In this document: positions 1 to 13,306 of the stretch, piece by piece | Layout: every line of letters starts with the position of its first letter | How positions within the stretch are numbered: the stretch's first letter is position 1 | Assembly: GCA_032718475.1 (NCBI GenBank) | Contig: JAUCBJ010002087.1 | Coordinates: forward strand, 438-64,437 | DNA: 64,000 nt | Source: Nemertoderma westbladi | Lineage: Eukaryota; Animalia; Xenacoelomorpha | Direction: 5' to 3' | The notes under the pieces: generated by a model | Database searches by the model: none | The model's input: the letters and a program-made list of their open reading frames with translations, nothing else | What the model was told of the DNA's origin: nothing | Translations under genes and position numbers: made by a program

Positions 1-406
1 ATAATGGCACATTAGATAGATGTCCAGTAAGAATTATAATACAGCTAGTACAATAGAAAAAGACGAGGAAATGGACACAGAATTTTATAATTGTATTGGG
101 GTTAGGAATGTTTTTAGAATTAAATTAAATTAAAGCCTCCAAAAAAAAACATCTCCAAAACCAAGAATCGAACTATTGGCGGGGTCTTATGATTCATCAG
201 ATGATTCATGTAGGTACAGCGGTACAGGTAATGTGGCCGGCCAATCACTTCGGTTCATCTAATATTAATGAACACAATTGGTTACAATGGAGAGCCAAAT
301 AAAGAGAGAAATATTTTCATACCGAATTTCCTAGCATTAAGGGAGATGGTGTAATGCGTGACAAAGAGCAGTAAAAATGTTCAAATTATCGCTCGCTGTA
401 TCCACT

Positions 407-752
407 ATCCATACAGCAGTACCAAAATATATATAAGGTGAAAGATTCACTTGCCATGCCTTGCCTTCAACTATCCCCATATTCGTATCATTTTTTACAA
501 CAATTAATGTTTCAGGCGTTGATATTTCTAGAAATGAAATAAAGAATGAAATAATGTGTCCATTTTCCACTAGCCGACGATCCATACAGCAGTACCAAAA
601 TATATATAAGGTGAAAGATTCACTTGCCATGCCTTGCCTTCAACTATCCCCATATTCGTATCATTTTTTTAGAACAATTAATGTTTCAGGCGTTGATATT
701 TCTCGAATGAAATAATTTGTCCATTTTCCACTAGCCGACGATCTATACAGCA
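407..752. repeat. Tandem duplication, ~160-173-bp unit, ~2 copies
   Basis: tccatacagcagtaccaaaatatatataaggtgaaagattcac at ~408 and ~581; a third partial start at ~741. Confidence 0.85.
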
Positions 753-1177
753 TTGTTACGCTCATATTTACAATACGTTAGGTTAAATAATATCTCTTTA
801 TAACATGTTAAATTAAGGTATAAGAGAATAAGGGATAGAAAAAAAGGATATCTAGCTAGGAGGTATCTTCTTTACTGCTCCAAAGTGATATATGGGGGGG
901 ATAAATCAATACGAAATAACAAACAGCGGTCTAATGCAGCGAGAAACAGAAAGGAGAGAAACAGGAAAACAGTTATTCAATTTCGGTGAAAAAGTAATTA
1001 ATATTTTAAGTGTTACGTTGTCTGCTACGATGTAATTAAATTAGTTTGTGTCATATACCGGGTACACCGTTGGCGTTACCGTTGTACTGCTGTCAATCCA
1101 AACACAATAATGATGTAAAGGTCAGTGTTTAAACGGTTTAAATGAAACGATCAATCAATATGTAATAATGTGTCTTT

Positions 1178-1621
1178 CTTAAATTACGTAACGTAATTTA
1201 AACGACACCCCACCGTCCCCCAACGCTGTCACAAATTGTCACTCACATCCCCCCCCCCCCCCCCCCCATGGCACGTCACGAAATATGTTCCAAATTTAAT
1301 AGCTTTATATTATTAATCCTAGTAAATAGTGATAAATATATATTGCTTGAAATAATTCCATGAAATATTTGTTTTATTGCCCCGTTGCGCATTGGTCATA
1401 GTCGTATAGAATTTAAGAGAATCCTGGTTAGGCATAGGCATAATGTACCTAACGTTGCCTGTATTCGACAATGATGTGATAGAGTCAGACTAGAAGCTAA
1501 ACTGAAAGTTTTTATATTGCGTAATTAACTTAACATGTATGTCTACACAATTTTGTTGTGTCGCGTTTTTTTCGAATACCCCCCCCCCCCCCCACCCCCA
1601 CCTCGCGTTACGTAATTTAAG
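1178..1621. mobile_element. MITE-like element (decayed, Harbinger/Tourist-like)
   Basis: Inverted termini cttaaattacgtaacg (1178) / cgttacgtaatttaag (to 1621) with subterminal poly-C tracts; same layout as the MITE at 59439. TSD not resolved. Confidence 0.55.
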
Positions 1622-3620
1622 GATAAGTCGTAAGTCGTATAACAGAATGATGGTAAATAAACAAAGATGTATAAACAAAATAAGCGGCAGCGGTACAAGC
1701 AGACAGACACAGTACAGAACAGACCATGGAATCCCTCCATATATCTGGTACGTAATCACCACAGTCTCATTAACTAAATAAGAATTATAATATTTTTTAT
1801 GGCCCGTCAAAGGTGAGATGTTGAAAGTTATTAGTCAGAAAACAATAATAAAAACTATATTATATAAATAAGTTACATTGAGTCAATCAAATGAGGAATA
1901 AACGAGAAAAAAGTTGTTCAATTACTAAAAATCTGGCTAAAATATCAGCACGGAATAAATGATAATTTTTAAAACGATTTTTGGTTTTTATGTATGCCTT
2001 TGTACTCTGGAAAAAATGATCTGAAAATAATTATTCTCATATGGAAAAATCTATCGGAATATTCATCCATGAGAACACAAACCTATGGATATATTTAAAG
2101 TTCAATAAAATAATAAAATATCTAACGAAATATAATGATTTCAAAAATAGCCGTCTTAAAATTTTAGTGATATATATATTTGTTTCATTACTCAAATAAT
2201 TAAATTATGTTACATCATATCATAATTTCAGAAAGAAAAACTCCAAATACAAAATATTCATTGTACAGTTTTGAAGTACGATGGTGGTTATCTGTATATT
2301 TGCGAATAGCATACCTCCAAATTTGACAGATGATGTTTTATGAGCTGAGCACTGCTGCTTTCGAAACGCCTAGAAGCACAAGGAATAGACGCACTCATTA
2401 TGAATTTCGAGCTGAACATTGAAACTTAAATCAAAAAGAAAAAGAAACTACATAAATGAAATAATTTGGAAATAAACTGAAATTATGATAAAATTTGAAT
2501 TCAAATTCAAAACAAACGCCTGTCCAGGAGAACTAGAAAACGCAATATTTGTTGTATTGTATTGCTAGATATTCTGATTTCTTGTTAAAGAACTGATACA
2601 TGGATGGAAAGTAGGTTATCGTATACTTATAATGCACAGATCATATTAAATAAATAAGAGTTAAAAGCAGCAAATATAAATAATATAATGAGATAGGCCT
2701 AGAACAATCCACAAAAATGGAATAAAAATAAACAAACGGAGCGCCATATCAGATTAATATCAAGATTTATAGTTGTACATAATTCAAGCAGTTTGAATTT
2801 TCTAAAATATAGAATCAGCAACTGAAATAGGACAACATTTCGTACCTATCGAAATTTAAAATCAATTTACAAATTAGTTTTATGTTGCGAAAAATTATAA
2901 AAACTAAAGAGGCCTACTAATTGTAACCAATCAATCTTGTTTGAAAGTAGAAAATGTTCTATAACATATTAGCTCTTTATTAAATACAAATGAATATTCT
3001 AGTCTAGAACAACAATTATTGTGTTTTAGAACATTTCAATGAGATCATTAAAAAGAGATTTCCTTAATAAAAGCAAAAGGTCGCTATGTCAAATTAAATA
3101 ATTTTTTTAAAATAGTTATTTAATTTTATATATTTTTTTAATATTTTTTTTTGAATTTATTTAGGAAACATTGAGTTAAGAAATCAGTTACTTTAAAATC
3201 CAACATCGTAATGCCCCTAAACTGATTAACAAAAGATTGAAGCGCTAAAAAAACTGTCTATTATACATTAATCTACCCAAACTAAGCAGGTTGGGTGGGG
3301 AGAAATCTACACAAACACACAATGGAATTACAAATAGTAAAGGAAAACACTGGAAATACAAAATAATCAAGTATCGTAATATACTACGACCTGTTTGCAT
3401 GCAGCAAAGAGATAAACTGCGAATTAAACATAAATATATAATTATAATATACCCACCAATGACTTATAATGGTTGCAAGAAACACTGGGATTCGTTAAAA
3501 TCATTAGCATGTAAGTCAGTGTAGCTGTGAGGTACCGGTAGAAGGAAATGAACAGTAGTTCTGATTGATGGTCGCCTCTCGAGGTATTCATTGTGATTTC
3601 AAGCAGCGAGACAGACGGGT

Positions 3621-6446
3621 TTATACGTAGCGGTTGTAGGGGTAGCGACTGGCTACCTTCGCGTGGGGAATCTCGGCGGATTGATGCATCTGTGGGGGGT
3701 AGACGTCGTTGCCGTAGGGCCGTTGGTCCCTGTGGTAACCGGTGTAGCGCGGGGGCGGCTCGTCTATCAGTCGCATATCGCTGAAGGACCCGTGTCCGGG
3801 GTCGTAATCGTCCACCGAAGTTGTCGTCCCGCGGGGGCGGGGGGGAGGGGGGCCCTCGTCGTACCGCGGCCCCGGGGGGTTGTAGTAGACGGGTCGGGAG
3901 GCTGTCGGGGGCACCTCCGCCATGGGGATCGGTCGCTGCTGCGGATAGTGGGAGCGACGCGCGGCGCGACTCGAAGCGGGGAGGTCCTCGTTCATCCGTC
4001 GGAAATGTTTCGCTAATCGGACGCCCAACACGATAGCCGGAATTAGAGAAGCGACGACCGCGCCTAAGGCGAACCAGAACACATTGAAAGAATCCACAAC
4101 ATTGGAGCAAAGGACCACGTGGAAGGAGTCGTAGACGTTACTGAGAGGCCGACAGGGGGCGACTTCGGTTTCCAGGGAATAGTAAACCAAATCAACTTGA
4201 GACCCGATAAACCAGAAAAAACTATCTTTAAAGTCCTGAACCGCCTCGACTACGATGTTATCAAGCTCGTTGGCCATATCCTCCTGGGCGGTTGTGAGAC
4301 TCGACATGAAGACCGGGACGTCCTGTTCGCGGATCCACGTGAAGTTACGTTTGAGTTTCTCAATCAACTCGTTGATGTTCAACGATAGAATCTCCAATTT
4401 TGGAACGGATGTCGTCGTCATTGCGGCGAGGTTGTTGGCCGCGGTATTGATATTATCTTTACTCTCGGTTGGAAGTTCTGGTAGTTTCGCGATCTCGAGT
4501 AATTCGTCGACGAAATAATCGAAGTCGTCGACTTCCAGGACATCGCTGCCCATTTGGCTCATAACATCGACGTTGTCCGCAAAATGAAACTTCGTGTAAT
4601 GGAAGTTTGAAAGTTTCTCGATCTCTACGGGATTAAGAAAGGCGACGCTGTTTATGTTCACTTCGCTGTCGTCGATGAAGTTTCTGGGAACCGCGTCGAT
4701 CAATTTGTCAAGTTCATCAACAACTCCGGCGGAGCGGAGCACTTCCTCCAGACCCAGGGCAGTGTAGACAGTGGCGTTGTCGCGGCAGTCCTTGAGCATG
4801 CCGCTGACGCTGAGAGGCGAGTCGTAGAGAGCGCTGAAGTTGTAGAAGTAGGGCGAGGCTGGGTCGTCCACGGTCTCGGCCAGCAGCGTGAGGTCGCCGA
4901 GGTCCCGACAGACGACGGCGCCGAACGATCCCACGATAAAGAAGATGACAACAATGAGCATGAGGAGAGAGGCGAAGATAAAGGAGAATCCCACGCCGAC
5001 CATGAGGAACACCCCGCCACAGGTGGAGGCCCCACTGCGCTGGGAGGGGAGGTCCGACTGGTTGAAACCACAGACACCGAGGAGAAGCCCGAGACCATAG
5101 AAGAGAGCAATGAGAACGCAGAGACCACTGACCGCTAGGAAGCCAATCCAACGGTAATTTTCCATAGGATCGTAGTACTTCTGTATAGAGTTACGGAAGT
5201 TGACGGTGTAGTTGGTTAACAAATCCTCTGGAACGTAATCAGTCGCGTTACTCAACTCGGCCTTCAGCGATACCAAGAGCTTCTCCTCGGCGGTGGTGAT
5301 CTCCGCACGGCCCTCCGCCACGCCGTCGGCCAGCTGGAGACGCACTTCCGAGCTGATCTCCGCGAGTGTGGCCTCCCCTTCGGTGACCGAGTTCAAGTAA
5401 TCCGGATCCAGAACATCCCCGAGATTGGTGCGAACGTCTCGAACCGCTTCGAGCGGAACCTGGTCTGAAGAAATCAAAATCTTCAACTTGCCAATCTCGT
5501 CTCTAAGATACTCGCAGTGCTCAATCTCATTGCAATTCGGTATCTTATTAAATCCGTCATTAAGAATATCACGCTGATCCTTCAACTCCTTACTCAACGA
5601 TTCGATACTCGATTGCGAATCACTTAGATACGTAATTAAATCATCAAGGTTGGGACCGATATAATTGAGATTCTTAGCCAAGGATTTCGCCTGGGACAAC
5701 GGGGAACCGGCGATATCGAGCAACCTCCGCTCGATCTGTTCCCCGGCGCTGGCGACATCGTCCAGGATGGCCCGGGCCCCCTCCCCGGTATCGGAAACCA
5801 ACTCCACCGCGGTGTCGGTCAACTCGTTCGCAGAGTTGCGGACAAACAACTGGATGTCGTTGACCCCGTCGCTGGCGACCTTGACAATGCGCCCCGGGAC
5901 TGGTTGCAGGTCCGCGTTGCTAAGGAACATACAAGCGGACGCAAGGCCCATGATAACAACGAGTAGAAGTAAAAAGAAGCAGCACAGCCAACGGGTGCAG
6001 TTCGCCCGCTTTGCGGGTTTCTGCACCATCGTGCCACCACATTTGCCGCAGCAACGGCAGCAGCAAAATATCAACCCGATAATCGGCATCAATATTATGA
6101 ATAAAATCCCGACAGCGAGACATATGGTAAACTCGAGGTAATTACTCTCCACTTGTTCAGTAAGTATTGTAGTCCATCCGAGTTTTGAAATTTCTCCACC
6201 GGTATCAACAAATAAATCAGTTAGAAGATCGTATGGGAGATGGTCAGGTTGAATTCGACCTATAAATAAGTTTGTGAGTTTAATGACATCATCGAGAAAT
6301 ATCGAGGGGCTGTATATATTGCTGGGATCCAAGGCGTAGATCGAGCCTGAATCAACCCCGGGTGTAGATGAGCTGGGATCATTTGCAGAAACTCCATATG
6401 TAACCAATACTATAAACAATCCGGTGACTTTCCCTAAAATATCCAT
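3621..6446 (-). CDS. prom: Prominin (CD133-family pentaspan membrane glycoprotein), single exon, ~941 aa
   Basis: Signal peptide MDILGKVTGLFIVLVTYGVSA from the ATG at 6446 (the ORF track's GTG at 6464 is a less likely start); five hydrophobic segments; CCCRCCGKCGG after TM1; two large extracellular loops; VAPCRPLSNVYDS...FNVFWFALG...LAKHFRRM prominin-like motifs. Confidence 0.93.
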   Translation of the reverse strand: MDILGKVTGLFIVLVTYGVSANDPSSSTPGVDSGSIYALDPSNIYSPSIFLDDVIKLTNLFIGRIQPDHLPYDLLTDLFVDTGGEISKLGWTTILTEQVESNYLEFTICLAVGILFIILMPIIGLIFCCCRCCGKCGGTMVQKPAKRANCTRWLCCFFLLLLVVIMGLASACMFLSNADLQPVPGRIVKVASDGVNDIQLFVRNSANELTDTAVELVSDTGEGARAILDDVASAGEQIERRLLDIAGSPLSQAKSLAKNLNYIGPNLDDLITYLSDSQSSIESLSKELKDQRDILNDGFNKIPNCNEIEHCEYLRDEIGKLKILISSDQVPLEAVRDVRTNLGDVLDPDYLNSVTEGEATLAEISSEVRLQLADGVAEGRAEITTAEEKLLVSLKAELSNATDYVPEDLLTNYTVNFRNSIQKYYDPMENYRWIGFLAVSGLCVLIALFYGLGLLLGVCGFNQSDLPSQRSGASTCGGVFLMVGVGFSFIFASLLMLIVVIFFIVGSFGAVVCRDLGDLTLLAETVDDPASPYFYNFSALYDSPLSVSGMLKDCRDNATVYTALGLEEVLRSAGVVDELDKLIDAVPRNFIDDSEVNINSVAFLNPVEIEKLSNFHYTKFHFADNVDVMSQMGSDVLEVDDFDYFVDELLEIAKLPELPTESKDNINTAANNLAAMTTTSVPKLEILSLNINELIEKLKRNFTWIREQDVPVFMSSLTTAQEDMANELDNIVVEAVQDFKDSFFWFIGSQVDLVYYSLETEVAPCRPLSNVYDSFHVVLCSNVVDSFNVFWFALGAVVASLIPAIVLGVRLAKHFRRMNEDLPASSRAARRSHYPQQRPIPMAEVPPTASRPVYYNPPGPRYDEGPPPPRPRGTTTSVDDYDPGHGSFSDMRLIDEPPPRYTGYHRDQRPYGNDVYPPQMHQSAEIPHAKVASRYPYNRYV

Positions 6447-7664
6447 CGCAATACCGGTGCTCACTCAGTCCAGCAATCTGTCAGTGCATTTCATTAAATG
6501 ATAGGATTAACCATTAACTAATTGATCATTTAGGGTTCAATAGGCCTATTTGTTACGTTACATAAACATAATATATATCTACCATTTAAACAGTATGATA
6601 TGATAGGGGGAACCTAACTCTGATATTCTATTACAGTTACTTACACTTATGGTTAATTATCGTTTGCTCAGTCCCAGTCCCACCTTCTGACCTTGAAAGT
6701 GGGGCTGGGCTGGGCATTATTTTTTTTGAGTCAGGCTTGTTGGGACGTTCCTGTTTAGGGGCCTCCATTTTTAATTTTTAAATGTCATTTTACCGCTTGC
6801 GCGATACAGGCTGACAGGGGGGGGGGGGGGGGGGGGGGGGACTAGATGCAAAACCCGCCTTGGCGAATTAATATCCCGCCCCGCCACAATGTTAAATTCA
6901 AAAGTAGGTAAAGGAGCAGGTTACAGTACAGTGGCACGTTATTTTAACCAAAACAATAAACTAAACACAATAAAACAGGTTACAGTTTTATTTTTGAGAG
7001 TAATCAAATCATCTGTTATTTGCGTCTAATTTCCCATGGAAGGGATTAATTTTTATTGCGTCCAGTCTCCCCCCCCCCCCCTGCCCCACCCCCCCAACCC
7101 CCCTATCTCAGTATCTGCAGATCTGGTTTTTTTACTTCATTGTGGAATTTATTTTTATAGGCCGAAGTAATTTTTAAAGAAAAATTATTATTAAATAAAA
7201 ATTAATTTTTATTTTTATTAGGGCCTATAGCAGTATAGTATTTTTCCTGAAAAGACAGTTTTTCACGTGCTGTGCGTAGGGCACATCGTCCTCTTCTGCA
7301 GCAAAATTTTATAGTAAAGCAAAGTAGGCCTACACCCTAAAAGTATACAGCGGCTTAAGCCTGTAAGCAGGAAGGTTACCGTGCAGTCAGCTGGTCAGGT
7401 TACAGTAGGGAATAAGACTATATAATATATAATAATAGTACAGGATGGAGCGGAGCCCCCCAAACAGGAATGAGCCGGATTGTCCGGAAATTGGTGCAAC
7501 AAGCATAATTCCGGAAATAATGGTAGCCAATATATGGAAATATAAATATAAATGACTCAGATAAAAAGTAGGCCTATCAAATAAGTTGAAAATATGGGTC
7601 ATAACATTTACCGGTAGGCTAGCTAGGCCAGCCAGGTTGGAATTTATGTAGAGTTTGCTCAACA

Positions 7665-7790
7665 TGTGTGGCGCGGATTAAGGATCCTGGCGCGTAGTGA
7701 CAGGGGCGTGTGGCGCGGATTAAGGATCCTGGTGCGTAGTGACAGGGGCGTGTGGCGCGCATCGAGGATCCTGGCGGTCCTGGCGCGAAT
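7665..7790. repeat. 42-bp GC-rich tandem repeat, ~2.5 copies
   Basis: gtgtggcgcggattaaggatcctggygcgtagtgacaggggc repeated. Confidence 0.8.
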
Positions 7791-8584
7791 ATGGATGTAG
7801 GGTTAGGTTAGGACAGTAGGAGGTAGCAGGGTAGTGTAGCAGAGCAGTGCACTGGCAACACATCCCACTCTACAGCTCTATTTGAAATTATTCTATAGGT
7901 TTAAAAAGATTGTAAAATGTCCGCTCGCTTCGCTCGCGTTTATACTATAAACCTACTCTTAGCACTGTCTGGCTGTGGACAAATGGAAACACACGGATTT
8001 GGGATTGAGCATGACCATTAAAAACATGACTTGTTTCAAAAGATTTTCAATTGTCAGATTCTTCAAACCAATAAAACCATGACAGCCTGCATGATTCAGC
8101 AGAATTTCCGTGCTCGCCGCGCTCGCCAGCTCAGCAGCTCGCAATTTAATGACATCTGCATTTCTGCATTTGACATTTGAAAACAGTCGCTTTGCCTACT
8201 TTAAATGCTGAAATGTTAAAATTTTCGTGCTCGCTGCGCTCGCATCTTGATCACATCTACATTTAAAAACAGTCAGTTGATGTTTACCTACTACTACTAC
8301 TACTACAACTATACAGCACTATCTGACTATTACTGTCAGACTGTATTTATGTTAACATAATCAGATATAATTGGAATATTTCCTTGCTCGCTACACTCGC
8401 ATTTTAATGTTAAAATACTGTAGGGCTACAGCATTATAAACTGATAAATTAATACAATTAGGCCTAAGCAATTACTGCAAAATTTCATAGTCAATTGTTG
8501 GCTTGGCGCGCATTTGATATCATGGGTGGCGCGATTTTCGTTTAACCAGAACGCGTGTGGCGCGCTTTTTGTCAGTATTCCATA

Positions 8585-8770
8585 TAGGCTGTAGGTCGTG
8601 GGTTCGATCCTCAGTTTTCCTCACATGGGCCAGAGCAGTTTTCGTTTCGGCACGAATGCTTTAAAGGGACCAGCCAGGGCGCATCTCTCGTCTTGCATCC
8701 TTAAGTGGTAGCTAAATGAGTACTGGAGTTTCCTCTGGGGAGTAAAGTTCTGGGGGGACCGCACTGGAAA
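8585..8770 (+). mobile_element. tRNA-derived SINE remnant, possibly with a Meta-type core
   Basis: B-box ggttcgatcc at ~8601 followed by ttgcatccttaagtggtagctaaatgagtactgg, resembling the conserved metazoan SINE central domain (recognised from memory, not aligned). Confidence 0.45.
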
Positions 8771-10199
8771 TATCAGTAGGATATATGACCAAGGCAATAA
8801 GATAGATTTAATAGGCTACCCACAGACCCTATGATATTATAAACCTTTTTTTATATTCAGATATTGCAGTATTCAGGTATTGCAGTATTGGTACCGGTAA
8901 TTGTTGATTTTATATTGTTGGCTTTATTGGCCTGTTTGTATGAAGACTAACTAAGAATTTATGTTTCTTTTTGATGATGGAATCTAGCTAAACCATAATA
9001 CACTGTTAACCAGTTTATACTGTTTATAAGGTGTATTGTACGAGAATGTATTATAAACCTTGTTTTATATCTACGGTAGATAGGTATCGATAATTGTATT
9101 GTATTGTATATAATTATATTGTTGGCTTTGATGGCCTGTAATTTTGGTTTGGCCTTTTTTAAAAAGTTGAAAATGTCCGGAAATATCCCTGAACTATTCC
9201 TGATGGGGAATTTCCATTTTTTACTGTGTTTTTTCAACTGTCCCGAATTTCCCAGGTCCGGGAAATTCCGGACACCTTGAGACCAAAAAAATAATGAGCC
9301 GGCACAGCCACAGGGCCGGCTCACGGATTTCAAAAAAAAAATGTATGCAGTATGATAGATGGATAACCTAACTGCCTAATGTATATGTAAAGCAAATGGT
9401 TTGCATTTTAATGTAAAGGTCTGGCTGTGAGGTCCAAAAAATCGAAAAATTGTCCATAATTACCCCAGTATACCCTATAAAATAGGCCTAAATAAAAATT
9501 ATAAAATATTTATAAAAACGTTTTCTTATAAAGGATATACATTAAATTATAGGCTTATAGCAGTATAGGTACCGGCTGACCGGTATGACATATGACCTAC
9601 AATTGCGCGGTGGCGGTGTACCGGTAGGCCTAATTCATTTCATATTAAAACATGCTCAATAAAGCTAATACAGTAATACTAAGGTAGTTCATAGTTGGCT
9701 TTACTATGCTATGCACAACAAACTTAGGCGTACTCGCACTCGCGGTAGCTGGATTGGACAGATGGAGGAAAAGCAGAACACCGAACATGGCTGCATGGAA
9801 CAATAACCGAATAAAGAAATGCGATAGGCTATAACAGTATAAACAACCAACTTTAACATGCAGACATGAAATCCAATACAATGTACGGTACAGCAGCACA
9901 GTACAGACGTACGGTACACAACCGGTACCGTAGAGCTGTAGAGGAAAAGCAGAACAATGAAGAAATGCAAAATCACACACAGCTGTGCAGCATCCTGCAC
10001 ACGCACAGCAGACAGCTGACTCAAGGCCATCGCCATATTAATTGCCTCTATGGTCAGATGGTATAGGACATTGAACAAGTTGAGCTAGGTACAGTAGTTA
10101 ATGAATTTTCCAATATGTCTTTAAAACCCCTCCACAACCTACAAGCGGGATCTCTCCTCCAATTGATATTGTTGATCCTCCAAACTTCACAACGTCCAG

Positions 10200-10760
10200 A
10201 AACTACAGTATGATGTTTCGGTAGAGACCGTGGATATTCTGTCTGCTCTTGATGTTAATTAATAAATCTCGTGGACCAGATAATATCCCACCGAGTTTCT
10301 TAAATCGTTGATGAAATTCCTTGCACCTTCTTTATTTAGAATATTTAAATTACTGAAAAAAGGCAACTATTTTCCGATTGTGTGGAATAATTAATGCCTT
10401 AGAAATTCACCAACATAAAAATGGGAGTAAAATTGACATACAGTATTTAGTACTATCCGATTTCACTTCTCGCAATCCCAGGGAAAGTGTTCGAAAGGTG
10501 CATATTCATTGCAGTATATGAACAAGTAAGGGTGCGACTACACAACGCCCAACATGGGTTTAGAAAATGTAGCTCACATTTATTACTCAACTTCCTTATT
10601 TTCCTAGATAATGTTTACAAAGGTATGGATAATGGAGAGTTGGAGGTGGAGACAGTTCGACTTTCAAACTTCGACTTTCAAAAAGCATTTGAATCAGTTA
10701 GCCACGAGTCACTACTTAAAAAGTTATGGTATGGATGGAGAAGAAGGCGTAAGAGGAAAT
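10200..10760 (+). pseudogene. Degraded non-LTR retrotransposon (CR1/L2-like) reverse transcriptase fragment
   Basis: Broken frames give NKSRGPDNIPP, PISLLAIPGKVFERCI, LHNAQHGFRK and DFQKAFESVSH..LLKKL, which are LINE RT motifs. Confidence 0.85.
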
Positions 10761-13248
10761 CTTTGGTATTCTCTGGTAAGTTAAAAATTAACTACTAGAA
10801 AGCTAGCAAGCTGCCTGGAAGGAGCCCGGGGGAAAAATCCTAGCCAAGACTATTACAAAGAACTATGTCAGTCAGCAGTAAGTAAACTAAAATTGTCTAA
10901 ACTGCAAGGCGTGAGGCAAGCTGACTTTGTGGCTCGCCCCACATAATAAAAAATGCAACTTAGCTACCACTAACAAAAATATAATATGAAGCAAATAATT
11001 TCATTATCAAGAACGTTTACAAGATATAAGATGCGATTACCGAATATTTATAAAAAATGCCCATGATGCACAACCAGATAAATAACAACGAATAGAGCCA
11101 AATAACAAATTTAGTTTCCTTCTATAGGTATTACCCCGTCGTCAAGCGGAATATCTCTTCCCAGTGAATTCTATGTGAATATGTAATATAGGTACTCCTT
11201 AGGCGATAGGCCAGAGCGGGCTCCTTAAATACATGCAACTACTGTATTATAGTGTAGGTCAACTATAAAACATTTTGCAATCCACAGTGAGTATCGACTG
11301 CAATAGGACACAACACACTGCTTTGTGTAACTAAAATTCATTCTCCTGATCCACCCCCTAACATAGCAGAGTGAGTAACCTTATTGTAGATATACCCTTA
11401 GGAAGCACTGGGAGAGCAATCAGCTTATGGGGTAATACATTAGAAACCAACAGCTTATGTGTGAGTAAACATTGCCTTTCCTTATAGCCTACTAGTAAAA
11501 CTTGGCAACCAACACGTTTTTCTATGACTGTGTATAACATATTAAGCCATATTTCATCATGAACACCAGCTGTTATTTTACCATTGCTTTTAATTTCGCG
11601 ACAAAACAATGTCAAAAAACTAAATATATCGAATACCACATGTTAAACGAACTACCCCAGCCTAACCAATAAAGACACAAAACTGTTCTATTTACTAGAC
11701 GGGGCAATCAGGAGCGTATATTACTAAATGTAGGGTTTCAGGTACGGAAAACCACTACTTCCCGTTGGATGGCGCTAATCTGCCGTCCGCTAATATATTT
11801 CCTAAATTTCTACGGCTCCTACTAAATTCTCGTTCCTTTCTCTACCAATTACTCGATAGAGAGCTAACTGTTCGAATATATGAGCCACGCGGGAATAACC
11901 AAAACAATAAACCCGAATCGGCTCCCTAAGCTGACTTAAAACGAGTGTGAGAGATTTTACACTCTGAGTGTATTTTATAGCCTAATATTACTGTAAATTT
12001 GCGCTTACAACTACGTCCTTTCTAATCGAATCTAATCGCAATACTGGGGTTCCCTAACGGAAAATGTGAATGTGAGAATATTTAAAAATAATCGAAAATC
12101 GGTACGGTAATTATTTCGGGACTCTAACTTATCTGCGGCTGGCTTTAGGCCAGCAATTTACTGATGCGCGTTGCGTACTGTATACTGCGATGTGAATTTT
12201 GTCCGCTAATTCAAATAACCGCCCAGCGTGAATAGTGTACGGTACTCTAAATTTATTACCTAACTACCCTCCGCTATGCAGCGTACAAATTCCTAATTTT
12301 ACTAATTAATTTCAGTCACAAATATGTAACGGCGTACTAATTACTAAGTATTCCAGAATGCGCAATTCTAAATTATTACGCAACGGGTCACACTAGCAAC
12401 AGCCTAAAATACCGTATTATTTTCGACCTAATCAGAAATTAATTACAGTAAGCTAAGAAATAGAAATCAATCAAAGGGAAAAGAGCGCCTATCCAAGCAT
12501 TCGTGATTTATTAGGCACACTTTAGTAACGCACCAATCAGCATAACACAATCGCGATCTACAGTTTAGCTAGCAATTCACAACTCGCAATTCGCAACTCG
12601 CAACTCGCAACGTAAGGGACGCAGATCTCTCCCGGCTACGTCTAGGCTTCCTAACTAACCCAATTCCTGTCCCCCTAGTACTACAAAATAGAGACAAAAC
12701 CTGGATCATCAGCCCCTAATTGCCGAACCGGCGTACCTGGCCCACCCTACGCCGCAACTTGCGCGCGCAATAGTAATCCCCCCAATGTTACTTGTCTTTG
12801 AATCCTCCGCACTCCCGTCGTCGCTAACCCCCCGATGCGCCCGCCGCGCTTACCGGTACCCTTGCCCTCCATCAGAATGAGTAGCTACCGTAGCGGCACA
12901 TGCAAATCACAAAAGTCTGACAGTCTGAGAAATCCCGTAGGATTATTGTCGAAAGGAATCACATAGAACCATTTACTAAAGGGTAGAAATCATAGTTCCA
13001 ACTTGTAATTAATAGCGTGTAGTGGCCATATATATATTAGGGGTCATCGAACCTGAATTGAACTAATACTGTTGTACCTTACTGCAGTATGCACCCATCA
13101 CTGTGCACTGTATCAACTTTCGGTTTCATGGAAACTATTGTTACAGTCAGACAGTGGCTGTACCCGTAGTCATTACTAATACTGGTTTTACTTACTGCTG
13201 TACTGACTCATGTAAATATTAAACGTTGAGAGACTACGCTCTCTACAT

Positions 13249-13261
13249 TGGTGACCCAGAC
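13249..13261 (+). other. Primer-binding site of element B (tRNA-Trp-like)
   Basis: TGGTGACCCAGAC one base after the LTR; matches the tRNA-Trp PBS TGGTGACCCCGAC at 12 of 13 positions. Confidence 0.85.
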
Positions 13262-13306
13262 TTGCGCGAACGGATTTCGCGTACAGGCGTAGCTCTGTAG
13301 CTACCG

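Noticed and set aside
3442-6141. Overlapping and antisense ORFs within prominin (likewise within the Gypsy and BEL pol genes)
   Set aside because: Shadow frames of GC-rich coding sequence with no recognisable motifs
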